Shown here one piece after another: positions 1-12,177 of a DNA stretch of 64,000 nt. The stretch is taken from positions 185,816,001 to 185,880,000 of the forward strand of contig NC_058368.1 in the NCBI RefSeq assembly GCF_018350175.1, in the 5' to 3' direction. The notes beneath the pieces were generated by a model that did no database searches, was not told the DNA's origin, and was given only the letters and a program-made list of their open reading frames with translations. The position numbers were made by a program, and so were the translations under genes. How positions within the stretch are numbered: the stretch's first letter is position 1; the number at the start of each line of letters is the position of its first letter. The stretch is from Felis catus. Its lineage: Eukaryota.

Positions 1-129
1 CCCCTTCCCCTCCTGTATCCCTACTCTCTCCTACTGTAATTCTCTACTGTGGTTCTTTCTATATGTTATACTCAGGCTTCCTTCTCTGTATTTCTTTTAT
101 ACTATTTTCCTCTTTGGAATTCCCTTGCT

Positions 130-480
130 CATTCTTCTATTTAACACTTACGCATTCTCCAAAGTCTTTAATTCATACTACCTCCAAGAAGTCTTCATTG
201 ATTACTATTCTCTACTGTAAAAAGAAAAAATTCTCAGAACACATAGCATACATTATATATTTAATCTATTTAACATTTACCATATACTTTTCGAAAACAT
301 CACTAGTGTCTTGTCATATAATCATATATGGTATGATATGAACCTCTGATAGGAGAACCAGTTGAATGTTCTTGTAGGAAAAAATTCCATGTATCTCCTG
401 AAACACCTAGCAGAGTGGCCTATTTATATAGTAAAGGTTGATAAAAAACAAAACAATTAATTGAATGAATAAGTGCATGT
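130..480 (+). mobile_element. LINE-2 3' end relic (very diverged)
   Basis: Ends in the L2-like terminal motif 'ttgaatgaataa', preceded by 'acacctagcagagtggcc'. Recognised from memory only. Confidence 0.4.
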
Positions 481-1444
481 GTGACAGCATCATGATTTTG
501 TTGAATGAATACTAGCAGCAAATGGGAAAAGATTATAACAGTTGAAAAACAAATTTTGAAAAGTTATTTAAAAATAAGATTATAAGAATCTTTAATAAAT
601 GTGGCTTTGAGAAATCAGTAGTGATAACTTGCTATGAATTCCTAACCAAAAGAAAATTGACTGTGGTGGGAATCTTAGCAAAACATTTTTGTATACAAAA
701 ATCCAGTGTTCTGTGCACATCTCCGTATTTTCTTGTTGCACATTGTTGTCATGAGCTTAGATTTTTTTTATATCCAGAATTGGAGGGATTAACTTAATAC
801 AGCATCTGCTGATGAATTGTTATTTGATTTGCCAGTGTTTTAACCTCAGAACACAATATTGTGGTAATTGCCACCTGTTTTTGTATTTCAGTCAGTAAAA
901 TACTATTGTAACCTTTAGCTTTCATGTTTTGTGAAGATGATAAATCATGTATTGCTGTGTTAAACACACCAAACAGAGGAATTAAAAAAGCAATTAATTA
1001 ACATCTTCTTGATAGGGTAGAGCATAGACATTGTGATTATATATGCTAACTAATATCACTTTCTTTAAGGTTAACATTTCAAATTATTAAGAAATAATAG
1101 AACTTCAGACTTAAAAGGGAAATCACAAAAGTCTTTTGTGTCACTTACATCTTCCCACCCTGAGGTTTCATTTCCACATAATTTCAAAACAACAAATAAC
1201 ACAAGCAATAAGAAACAAAACAGAAATAGAACTATGGAAAAGAAAATAGCTCAATAGGTTTTAGTTTCTGTGTTGGTTTTGTTGTTGTTGTTGATGATGT
1301 TTTTGTTGTGTTTGTCTTCCCTGGAAAAAAAAATAGAATGCCTGAATTGTTCATTTTCCCACCAGTTTTGTTAAGATGAACCATAGCTTTTTGAATCTTA
1401 GAAATCAACTTAAGGGAGGTTTTGCCTACTGTCTTAAACAGTAC

Positions 1445-1860
1445 AGTAGCAGATCATTCTTGCTTATTCCATCCATCATGTACAGCTACAGCTGGCATGC
1501 GGCTGCTAACTAGAAACTCCATGTCCCCGCATCTAAATTGAGCCATATCACCATTTCTTGCCAATGGAAACTTAGTGAGGTGTTTTAATTCTGGATTAAG
1601 GTGGTTAACAAAATTGAGTATACCTTCTCTATACTTTCGTTTGTTTCCCATCTGATTGCTGGATGCAAAGGATTTCGAGGCCCTTTGCAGCCAGCAAAGA
1701 TTAGAGATGTTAGAGCATAGAATTGAAAGAGTACCTGAATTCCCAAATGGAGAAGAGCTACTCATTGACCAGGAACATCTGCACAGGAATTATGTGAGCA
1801 AGCAATAAACTTCTATATGTAAGCTACTGAAATGTGGCAGCGTATAGTAACAACTAGAAT
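1445..1860 (+). mobile_element. ERVL-MaLR LTR, MLT1J-like
   Basis: MLT1 3' motifs 'gtgagcaagcaataaacttctatatgtaagctactgaaatgtgg' and internal 'ttcttgccaatggaa'. Confidence 0.55.
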
Positions 1861-2039
1861 TATCCTGTGTCCATTAACCCTAGTCTTGAGATCTAGATGG
1901 TGTTACTGCTATTCATAATTAGATAGTTTTATTGATAAATTTGGTTGCATTCTACAAAGAAATTTTATGCAATACTTTTCTAGAGTTAACATTCTTTTTA
2001 ATCATTTTAAAATTATCCATGATATTCAATGCCTTTGAG

Positions 2040-2330
2040 GATAGAATGCTAGCAATGCAAAAGTAAATAATTTAGGTAGTGCATCTGTTTCCAGTCTAAC
2101 AGGAAAACAAATATTACCCAATTAATCACCCAATTAAAATAGATGCTATAAAGGAAAAACAAAACAAAGGGTGCTATGAAAAGGTAAACTCAAGGTCTTA
2201 CCCTGGTCTGAGGGGAAGGGGAATCAGGTGAAAACCCTCAGAAAATTATACTTATGGGCCAAATGATGAAGAATAATAGAGAAGGGAAATGAGAAGAGCC
2301 TGCAAGAAGGCCTGGAAATGCGAAAAAACT
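2040..2330 (-). mobile_element. LINE-2 fragment
   Basis: Purine-rich L2-antisense-like motifs ('agatgctataaaggaaaa', 'gggtgctatga', 'atcaggtgaaaaccctcagaaaa'). Confidence 0.4.
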
Positions 2331-2699
2331 TGGTGCTTTGGAATTTTGTGGTCATTCAAAGATACTTTGTGTGATCAAGTAGTATGGTGTTCTCATGGAA
2401 CAAGCACTCTATTGCTGGTAAATAGCTAGTATGTACAGATCGGTTACATACACAGCCTATCCATTAGTAGAATAGGGGATATAAGCAGACATAAGGAAGG
2501 TTTCTGATACCTGAGATGATACAATCTGGCAGTGAGTCACTATTAACCCTCCTGTAACAAAGAATAACACAGATATCACATAATCAGACTTGACTTCCTA
2601 TTTATTGTTAACATACACAAACAGAACTAAGGTGAGTACTTCCTTGGATTTATAGAGAGAATCTGGGACAAAAATAATAAGTTGACTTCCTTCCAGTGT

Positions 2700-2990
2700 G
2701 GTAACTAAGCTGAAATGCTGTAAGTTCTGATTTACCATTTGTTGATTGCCATGTAAAGGAGGGCAACATGGAGGGAAAGTGGAACAGAGAGTTGAGGGGA
2801 TAAGGAGCAGAAACCAGATGATGTCACTGCTTTTAAACTCCAGGATCCAGTTGTACCTAATTGAAACTACCTAATTCCTCATTCTCTTCTTTGTCCTTCT
2901 CCTTCACTCTGTTCCTCTTCCTTGTTTTCTCCTTCATATTCATTAAGATGGTCTGAGTTGTGTTAACTGAAAGCATGCCTGCTAAAATAA
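2700..2990 (+). mobile_element. Old MaLR LTR fragment (MLT1K/L-like)
   Basis: 'ccaggatccagttgtacct ... ttaagatggtctgagttg ... aactgaaagcatgcctgctaa' resembles an MLT1K/L 3' half. Confidence 0.4.
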
Positions 2991-5900
2991 TAACAGGCTC
3001 TACAGAGCCCTGTACATCAGGCAGGATATCTTAGTGGTTGCAAAGAAAGTTGGTTGCCACTTAAGGGGGTGTCAAATTGAAGTATACAATTAGACCTTCA
3101 GGAGGACGTTCCTCATTTATGAACTCCCCTTAGTGAAACAGTTTTAGGATCAGGACAATGAACTTTATAAAAGTTGTTGAAGCATAGCAATACTTCATAG
3201 AAAGTCTTGGATTTATTAATAGTTACATAAAACTGTATGCATCCTTTAATTAAAACTCAGTAAAATGTAAGTGCTGAGGCATTTGATCCATGAAATATAA
3301 ATGAGTTATAGTCAAAAGCTTCTTTCATTCTTTCCCATTTTTTTAAATGACCTACATATTGTAAACCAAAAATATATTCCTCCTGGAACCTCAGCCTAAT
3401 GGACAACAGTTTGATCAATTTTTGTGGCATTTTCAGCTAACTTTTAATTATGACTCAAGCGGCAGTTGTGAAGGATTGAAGGCTAATGTGTAGAGCCTTA
3501 GGCCATACCATAACAGGTTCCTACAGAAAGCCAAAATTTGCTCACAGAAAGAATCGTAATGAGTAACATATCACACAGACTCAAACATGAGAAAGAAAAA
3601 TTGAAGCATTAATACCTTGAATGTGAGTGATGCCAAGCATTCTCTCACAGTACCATCACAGGCACTAATCTATGTAGCAGGGAAACAAGTTTTCCTAGTT
3701 AACTAAGGCTCTTCTTGCTATTGTATATAAAGTCCTGATGTTCAGTTATCAATGCACTTGGCTAAAGCTCTTTTGGGTATGATTCTCATCAAAATCACTC
3801 ATTCAGAAGTTAGGTATATTACATATCAAATATATTACCATGAGATATTATAGGCTACTTTATTCAGAGCATCTACCCCATTGGTGAATTGCACTGGAGT
3901 TAGCTCATTAGCCAAAGGTGAGTTGAAATACACCTTACTAAAGGCTCTGTCTTCAGGGAATCTGCCTCACCTCCATATTTAAGCCTGGCCAACAACTGTC
4001 TCCTGAACTTATTTCCAAATTTTGGCTTTGGGTCCAGTTTCCTTTAACTGTCTCCTTGGACTTCAACTCATGGAATAACCTTTTCTAAGTCAAGATAGCC
4101 TCATGATTTGGCCTTATTTTCTGTGCCTTAGTCCACATGGGCACCCTTCTCCATTTCTGGCTCATAGAAGGAAAAATAGGGCCCTATTTTTCAAGAGTGA
4201 AAGTTTGAACAATTCCAAATGACTCCTAGAGACAGAAGTCAAACCAAAATTGTCTGTATAGAAGAAGAATTGGTGACTTGTAGAACTTAAGAGTGTAAGG
4301 TCAGATCGAGTGATCTTCCAGAAAGCTAGAGTCAGAATCTGAACACCACATGAATTTGTTTTCTCTTTGTTTTGTGGCTTTCCTCCATTTTGGATTCAGT
4401 CAGTCAGTCTCTTCCTGCATGGAAAAACCAAATGCTATTAAGCTTATAATGGATCCTGCTCTCAACAACCAGTCTCAGCATAAAAGAGATTTTCATTTTC
4501 CTCATAGTTCCATAAAAATACAAGAATTCAGTTTCACTGGACTGGCTGACTTGAGTCATGCTTCCAGTCTAGTGTAGCTAGAAGAGATAACAAGACGACT
4601 GGCCTGGGCTGGATAGTATATTCATAGTTCGAGCCAGAAGACTAATAATGAGAAATAGGTGATTCTAAGAATTCAGGTCTGTGTGCTATTGTCAAAAGAA
4701 TGAGCAGTGAATGTTGAGCAGGCAAACAAATAAAAACAAAGCAAATAAAATATCCTTTATATACCAGCTGGGATAATACGAAGTACATCTAACTTACCCT
4801 GTGATCAAAGTATTATTTCTTCTTAATACTCACTACACTTGACCCTGTCCAGAAATTGCAATGATTTGTAGAGCTCATTGTCAGATACAATCTTTTTCTA
4901 ACTGCACTCTCTATGGAACTGTGGTGATTAATCAAGATCCAAATGTATCTCTAAAGGGGTGATGGTGATTGTACGGCAATCCTAAGAGAAACATTTCTAG
5001 TTTAAACAGCCCAAATAATCATAGTGCCATTCTCCCAAATTCAAGGAGCCTATCCATCAGTAGTGAGCTGAAGCCAAACTCCTCCTGGGAGACTAAATGC
5101 AGGAAAGGAATTGATTTTGTTGGGTTTCCTATTAACACTAATTACCATTCTTTGATGTGCCTCAAATGTTTCTTGACAAGGAGATGATATCCTTGTGGCA
5201 GGAAGCCAATCATTTTCATCTGTAATGAAGCTTGCCTTTGTCCTCGGTAAATATAGACTAGTTAGGACAGTCACATTATTTGAAAAATGTTATCACCTGA
5301 CTCCAAGGAACAGATGTTCAGTAAAATGATCTTTTTTTATTTTTTTCTTCCAAAGACAAATCGATAAACTTCAGGCATACCTTGAGAGCACTGATTGGAT
5401 TCTAATGGAACAAAATGGGGAGACAATCAAATTATGGTTTGGGCTACTAATTAGGATGTTAAAAGAGCTAATAGGTACATAACGTATAAGTTTCATAAGA
5501 TCAGGAACCTTTGTGTTAACCATGGTTGTTCTTATATACTTATAATAAGAGGGCCTGGAAAAAAATAAGCACTTAAAATTATTGGTGAACAAATAGATTA
5601 CAAAATAAAATAAAGTAAAAGTAAAATTCTAAATCAATCCAAAGTATAAATCATATTTAATCTGGCAATAAATTAACTGAAACTCAATCCTTAATTCAAA
5701 CTCAATCCTGAAATTCAATACAACATGGAAAAAACAAATCACTTAAACAGGTCACATAGCTAGAAAATCAATGAGGTGAGCTTAGATATGTTTGATTCCA
5801 GAACCTACTTTATTTATTCTTCTATTCATTTTGTTGGCACAATTTTTATTCCCAAGGAGCATGAACTCCAGGAATACACTGCTGATGTTGGATTCCAGGA

Positions 5901-6000
5901 TTCCTCTGCTCACTAGTGGTGAAACTTTGCAGGAATTGCTTAAACTGTTTCAATTTCTGCAACTAAAAAGTGGGTATATTGTGGCAATTATAAACAGAAT

Positions 6001-6244
6001 TAAAAAAATTTTTTTTAAGTTTATTTATTTTTGACAGGGGGAGAGAGAGAGAGCGCGCGCGCGCGCGCGCGCGCGCGCGCATGGGTGGGGGAGGGGCAGA
6101 GAGAGGGAGACACACAATCTGAAGCAGGCTCCAGCCTCTGAGCTGTCAGCACAGAGCCCTATGCGGGGCTCAAACTCACCGACCGCAAGATGATGACCTC
6201 AGCCAAAGTCGGACGCTTAACCGACTGAGCCACCCAGGTGCCCC
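6001..6244 (-). mobile_element. Carnivore SINE (SINEC_Fc-like), full length
   Basis: Reverse complement of GGGGCACCTGGGTGGCTCAGTCGGTTAAGCGTCCGACT. 11-bp TSD ataaacagaat at 5990-6000 and 6245-6255. Confidence 0.95.
6053..6080. repeat. (GC)14 dinucleotide repeat
   Basis: 28 nt of uninterrupted gc, directly following (GA)n inside the SINE. Confidence 0.95.
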
Positions 6245-6499
6245 ATAAACAGAATATTTTTAAGTGATTAGAAGAGTTCCTGACTTGTAGATTCTACACA
6301 TTTCCTTATTAAATAAGTTTCAAAAACAACTAAATTTCCATAACAACCAGTGTTTTAAACTAAGGTCAATTGTTATCAAATTACCCCATATGTATTTTAT
6401 TAGATCTTATCCTACATCAGTGCCAAAGCCAAGAATATAGTAAAGATTTCATAATCCCTGTAGTCTTCTTTATGAAAATGTCAGAAGAAGAAGCTCTTA

Positions 6500-6590
6500 G
6501 ATGGCTCAGGGGATTGAGCATCTAACTCTTGATTTGGGTTCAGGTCATGATCCGAGGATCGTGAGATCAAGCCTCGCGTGGGACTCTCCA
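6500..6590 (+). mobile_element. Older carnivore SINE 5' fragment
   Basis: 'tggctcaggggattgagcatctaactcttgatttgggttcaggtcatgatcc' matches the tRNA-derived head. The 3' part is missing. Confidence 0.7.
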
Positions 6591-7306
6591 CCCTCTTTGT
6601 ACACTTTTAATCCCAATATAGATCTCCACCATATTTCTTTGATATCGTTGGTTTCCTGAATATCACAAAATTCCCTGAGAGTTCAGTGCAGTCATATTAT
6701 TTCAAAAAATATTAATGGTTTTGCTAAGGATTTTAAAATTGAAACTAGAAGTTCTTATATTTAAGATTCCCTTATTACCAGAAATTTTTCATTGATCAGT
6801 TTTCTCCACTCATTCCAGCCTTCCTTTGGCTCTGGGTCTCAGCCTCCTCTTACCCTTAAGACTTCATTCATATTACTTCAACTTATGCATTTTAGCCACT
6901 TGCTTCATCCCATCTTTAATTATGCCAAGCAATTTGGATCTCTACCTGTGACTTGGCTTTGAACCCTTCTTTGCATTTCTGAACACTCACCTGAGGGTAA
7001 TGTGCTTTGCATCCCACCCTTAATCTCTATAGAGGGCTTGACATTTCTCTTTCTTGTAACCTTTCCTTGATATCTATACATACATGAGATTTAATTTGCC
7101 ACTGATATGAATTACATCACATTTTACCCCTTACCATCTACACATAACCCTTACATGGAAGTTTCAGTTTTAAATAAATATGTCTATTTATAGTGGGTAA
7201 GAAAAGCGTGATATTTCTTCAAGAATTCTGTTCAAAGAGTTTTCTAAAAATAAGGTTAGCAGCATGTTAGATGCCAACACTTTGAGTCATAGAGGAAGTC
7301 CTTGAG

Positions 7307-7490
7307 TTGTGCTCCTTAATATGGCAGCCACTAGCAACATGTGGCTATTTTCATTAGTTAAATAAAATTAAAAATTTAATTCTTCTAATAACACATTATT
7401 CATATGCTTACTAGCCACATGTGGCTACCATATTCAACAGCACAGATTATACAGTATTTTCATCACTGTGAGAAATTCTATTAGACAGTT
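7307..7490 (-). mobile_element. MER3-like hAT-Charlie MITE
   Basis: Diagnostic 'gccactagcaacatgtggcta' and 'tagccacatgtggctacc' motifs, ending 'agaaattctattagacag'. Confidence 0.8.
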
Positions 7491-7544
7491 CTTCAAAACT
7501 GACTATAGAATTTGTAAATAGATATTTTGAAAAATGGCATTTTG

Positions 7545-7748
7545 GGTGTTTGGGTGACTCTGTTGGTTGAGCATCCAACTTTGGCTCAGGTTGTGATCTC
7601 GCAGTTCCTGAGTTCCAGCCCCACATCGAGCTCACTGCTGTCAGCATGGAGCCCACTTCAGATCCTCTGCCCCCCTCTCTCTGTGCCTCCCCCACTCGCA
7701 CACACTCTCTCTCAAAAATAAAATAAAAATAAAGCATTAAAAAAAGAA
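7545..7748 (+). mobile_element. Carnivore SINE, full length
   Basis: tRNA-like head, CT tract and A-rich tail. 16-bp TSD gaaaaatggcattttg at 7529-7544 and 7749-7764. Confidence 0.95.
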
Positions 7749-7987
7749 GAAAAATGGCATTTTGCCCTGTGTCTTTTAATATAACTTGGACAAGGGGATT
7801 ACTCAATAAAAACATGTTTTTCATCTTTTTTACTATAGAACTATTTTCACTCAAGATGCTACAAGGGAGCATAACAGTTATACAAATAATGGAGAATAAT
7901 GGATAATTTATATCAAAATATTTTGATAATAAAAAAATGTTCTTTCCCACTCTACAATGGTATTACTATTCCTGCAATTTCTGTAGT

Positions 7988-8755
7988 ATAGTATTTTTCA
8001 CACTGCGGATTGTGACTGATGACTGAGTTATGAAATCATTTTATTCAGTTATAATAGGGAATAGATAGGATAAAAGAGGCAGAGAGGGAACTATTAGGAC
8101 CTGAAGTCCCCGGGTGAGGAAAAGTACAGATTTTGGAACAATGCTGGGAGTGTCTCACCACAGCAAACCCCTCAGATGTAAGGTTCCTTTTAAGAATATA
8201 ACGCTACCTACTCCCCCCTCCTCCGCCCCAGGTTCCTCTCAGGAATTTGACAAAAGACCCGAGTATGGCCATAGAGCTCCCCTCATACAATGGAAACAAG
8301 CCAATCAGGAATGGACAACCCAGCACCTAGAGCTATGCAGTCAATAAGGGTAGAACCTGAGAAGGAACAAGGAGGAAGGGATGGAGGGGGAGGTGACCAG
8401 AACCTTATAAAACAAGGACCCTTGCCTTTTGTCAGTGGGCATTAAATGTACTCTCTCTGTAAAGAGGGCTTTCCTACTACTCTTCCTAATTTTATACTTT
8501 TGTGTCCACCACTTCATTCTTTGAAGCTGTGAAACAAAGAACCCTGGATATTGAGGTAAAAAAATCCTACAATAAGGTGACAATTTTTTTTAAGAAAATA
8601 TTTTAGAATTACATCAAAGAAAAATAAGAGTGCATCACACATAGGTAAGGAAAGCATTGTTTCATTAAACTTTTGTTTTAGTTTTGTAATGTTGAGTCAT
8701 GATGTAAAATAATTGCTTACTCTAGCTTATATTTTAAAATGCTTGAAAACAGTTA
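7988..8755 (+). mobile_element. hAT-Charlie-like DNA transposon (MER112-like), split by an LTR insertion
   Basis: Left part 'ttttcacactgcggattgtgact..tgaaatca' and right part 'agagtgcatcacacataggtaagg..cattgtttcattaaacttttg..gatgtaaaat' resemble one continuous consensus. Confidence 0.45.
8050..8574 (+). mobile_element. ERV solo LTR (ERV1-like)
   Basis: GC-richer block of about 520 bp with 'ccaatcagg' (~8301), 'tataaaa' (~8406) and a U5-like end 'aaaaatcctacaata'. Termini and TSD are degenerate. Confidence 0.6.
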
Positions 8756-9143
8756 TGGAAAAATCCACCAGCATTAGCATCTCCATAAATGTAAATGCAA
8801 CATTTTTATTTTTCAGTTTTCATAAAGAATGCAAAGTGTATCTGATTTCCAAGAAAGCAAATTTTAGAGATATTTTTTCCATATTACTAATGTAGACATA
8901 TATTTGTGCAAATCAGTGGGGAAAAATAAGTCATGATACTTCTAAAGTCTTTTCTTACAGACAATGAAATGTAAAATCCATCAGTCAACCCAAATATTAC
9001 TGAATTTCTCTCTGACCTTAATTTGCATGTTCTGAATCCCCCATTTTTCCTTATCACTTCACTTAGTTACATTTTTAAAAAGCCTCCATTTCTCCATGGC
9101 CATAAGTAATGCAGTTATACCCCCAACCCAATAACATTGTTTC

Positions 9144-9651
9144 TGTTATGGACTGAGTTGTATACCCCCCAAATTCATAGGTTGAAGCCCTAAGTCCCAG
9201 TATTTCAGAATGGAGTGCATTTGGAGTTAGGGTCTTTAGGAAGGTAACTAAGTAAAATGAGGTCACTAAGGTAGGCCTTAACAATATGACTGGTATCCTT
9301 AACAGAATATATTAAGGGGCATCTGAGTGGCTCTGCACTGACAGCACAGGGTCTGCTTGGGATTCTTTTTCTCTCTCTTTCCCTCTCTCTGCCTCTCTCT
9401 CTCTCTGCTCCTCCCCTGCATGCTCACACTCTCTAAATAAATAAATAAATATTAAAAAAATTAAACATTTAAAAAAGAAGAGTATATTAAGACATAGACA
9501 CAAAGAGAAGTTTACCTATAAGCCACAGAGAAGCCTTAGACACCATGATTTCAGACTCCTAGCCTCCAATATTAAACAAAAAATACAATTCTGTGTTTGA
9601 AGCCACCTAGTCTATAGTACTTTGTTAAGGCAACACTTGCAAATTAATGCA
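9144..9651 (+). mobile_element. ERVL-MaLR LTR, MLT1A/B-like, interrupted by a SINE
   Basis: Begins TGTTATGGACTGAGTTGT...ccccaaattcata and ends ...aaattaatgCA. 5-bp TSD gtttc/gtctc with one mismatch. Confidence 0.85.
9316..9478 (+). mobile_element. Carnivore SINE with internal deletion
   Basis: Head 'ggggcatctgagtggctc' joins directly to 'tgcactgacagc'. TSD agaatatattaag / agagtatattaag. Confidence 0.85.
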
Positions 9652-9808
9652 GTCTCCATGTTATTTGCAACTTTTCCTTTTTCCTCTTCTGTCTTAAATA
9701 AATGTATAAATTTGTGAATTAGCTAAAGTTCTTTAGTTTCAAGCAACCCAAATGGTTCTACTCAAATAAATTGAATTTGCTGGAAGGATATGAACTAGCT
9801 CCACAAGT

Positions 9809-9873
9809 GAAAGAAAGAAGGAAGGAAGGAAGGAAGGAAGGAAGGAAGGAAGGAAGGAAGGAAGGAAGGAAAA

Positions 9874-9941
<68 letters not shown>

Positions 9942-9966
9942 GAAAGAAAAAGAAGAAAAAGAAAAA
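9809..9966. repeat. Compound tetranucleotide STR (GAAG)13 + (GAAA)16 within a 158-nt pure purine tract
   Basis: Read directly from the sequence. Confidence 0.95.
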
Positions 9967-11200
9967 TTTGCAGAATCAGTTCTTCAACAGGACAGGAATC
10001 ATGGAAGCTCCTTGGATCTGGGAAGCCACAACTATTTGAGGGTCTCAATTATTTTCAGTTTTCTGTACCTCCTCTAGTGTCACATTCTAGGGAGAAGATA
10101 TTATCCATCCTAGCTTATGTGAAGTATTTATCCGCGAGAGAAATACAAGGTCCTTGACAGCCACACCAAGATTACATTTAATGAGGAAAGTGTTATTCCC
10201 AAATAAAACCACAAGTTTCTTACCAAAAGAAGGGGAAAAAGAAACTGGGGGGAAATAACAGATATGTGTTATTTTGGGCTTAGTTATTTAACTTAGACCA
10301 TTAATAATTTTAGGTCATATTATGTTGGATGGATGAAAATATGACACTTTCTATATTAAAAAATGTATATAGTTTGAAAAGATTCAAAACGACTTGATTT
10401 TCATGGCTTCAGGCTTTCTATAAGTCAAACTAAATTTTCTAGAATAATTATGGGGTTGAGGGAAGCTACATAGAAGAAAAAATTTCAATATAGCTAATTT
10501 ATCCTAGATATGTATAGAGCATTAGGAAAATTTTAAAACAGCCATTTTCATGACTTCACATTACTATACTCCTGAGATTCAAATAATAGGGGACCAAATA
10601 TTTGAGGATTATTATCTGTGAAAAGGAAAAGTAACAATCCCAATATTTTTTCCCTAGTTTCCTAGTTCAATTGTTATAATGAGTGTATCATCTATTTTAA
10701 TGGTTCCAACTACTTTCCATATCTCAGGAAAACACACACACACGACATACGTATTTCCCCCAAGGCACAATAAATTGGAGGTTTCACTTAAACATCTAGT
10801 GTCTGGTTTATTTTCTGCCTTGACCTAACAAGAGGGTATGAGACTTTTAACTAAAGAATACATAAAGTTACCATCTACCATTCCCAATTGGTTGGAGTAT
10901 CAGTGCTTAGCTGCCATTTCATTGTAGCTTGATATTTCCACTAATTCAATTAACTGGGATATGTTAAGCTGAGATACAGAAGTAAAATATCTATTTGTCC
11001 TCCCAGGGGCTTGTTATTCAAAAAGACAGACATATTAAAAGAAAATAGCCATATAACAAAGAAATGTGCTAATGGGTTATACAGGTAAATATATATGTGT
11101 ATGTATGTATATAAAGTACATAATGATTAGTAAGTTTAAAATATTTTTTAATGGGAACTTAGAGGTAAGAGAACAAAGCCCTGTAAGACAGAGCTAGAGA

Positions 11201-11433
11201 ATTTTTTTTTTTCTTTAGTATCTTTTTTTTAAAAAAGCTTTTATTAAATTTTGGGAGACAGAGCATGAGCGGGGGAGGGGCACAGAGAGAAAGGGAGGTA
11301 CACAGGATCCGAAGCAGGCTCCAGACTGTGAGCCGTCAACGCAGAGCCCCATGCAGGGCTCATATTCACAAATTGCAAGATCATGACCTGAGCCGAAGTT
11401 GGAAGCTTAACCAGTGAGCCACCCAGGTGACCC
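11201..11433 (-). mobile_element. Carnivore SINE
   Basis: T-rich tail and body 'gaagcaggctcc..tcatgacctgagccgaagttgga..gagccacccagg'. Confidence 0.9.
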
Positions 11434-11682
11434 TAAGGGCAATTTTTAAAAGAGATTAGACTGGAGCTTTATCAACATGCAATCAATCAATTTAAATTTT
11501 TGCATATATAATTAAGCTTCAGAATGATTATTTACACTAGTTAAAATAATTCATTGCTCAAAGTCTTTGAATACTTAATCAGTTATTCTCTTTATATACA
11601 ACTTTTTGAAAAAGCCAAATGCTAAAACATCTCATTGTAGGGTTAATTCCATTAAAGAATGCTAAGTATGCAGTCCAATTTT

Positions 11683-11866
11683 AGGCTTAGTGCTTTAGCA
11701 AATAAAAATACAAGACATCTAGTTAAATTTGAATTTTAGATAAATGATGAATAATTAAGTATAACTATGTTCTATATACTACTTGGAATATACTTATACT
11801 AAAAAAGTACTCATTTTTTAAATTTGAAATGTAAATTTAGGTATTTTCTTGTACATCTGGCACTCT
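11683..11866 (+). mobile_element. MER53-like palindromic hAT MITE
   Basis: 'tttagcaaataaaaatacaagacatctagttaaatttgaatttt'. Internal inverted arms 11758-11772 and 11786-11800 are 13/15 complementary. Ends 'atctggcactct'. Confidence 0.8.
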
Positions 11867-12018
11867 TATGTCAGGCTGGGAGGGAAAAAAAAAGAATAGC
11901 CTTTGAATGTGAGAAGGAAGCAAAAACTGAGAGGAAATACTAACCAATATGTATATGTGGGAGGAGTACCAGGAAGATGTTTTAAATCAAAATAACATTA
12001 TTTTATTTACTAAGAAAA

Positions 12019-12177
12019 TATTTTTAATGTTTATTTTTGAGAGCATGTGCGGGGGAGGGGCAGAGAGAGAAGGAGACAAAGAGTCTGAAGCAGACTCCAG
12101 GCTCTGAGCTGTCAGCCCAGAGCCTGACACAGGGCTCACACTCATGAACTGAGTCGAAGTCAGATGCTTAACTGACT
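12019..12177 (-). mobile_element. Carnivore SINE, 5'-truncated with small internal deletion
   Basis: SINE body motifs present. The 'gtgagatcatgacc' segment and the first ~15 nt are missing. Confidence 0.85.

Noticed and set aside
7447..7950. 167-aa minus-strand ORF
   Set aside because: It runs through an antisense SINE and AT-rich flanks, has a non-ATG start, and shows no recognisable protein features.
9758..10157. 128-aa K/E/R-rich ORF and its antisense F/L/S-rich ORF
   Set aside because: Both frames are translations of the (GAAG)n(GAAA)n microsatellite and give no evidence of a gene.
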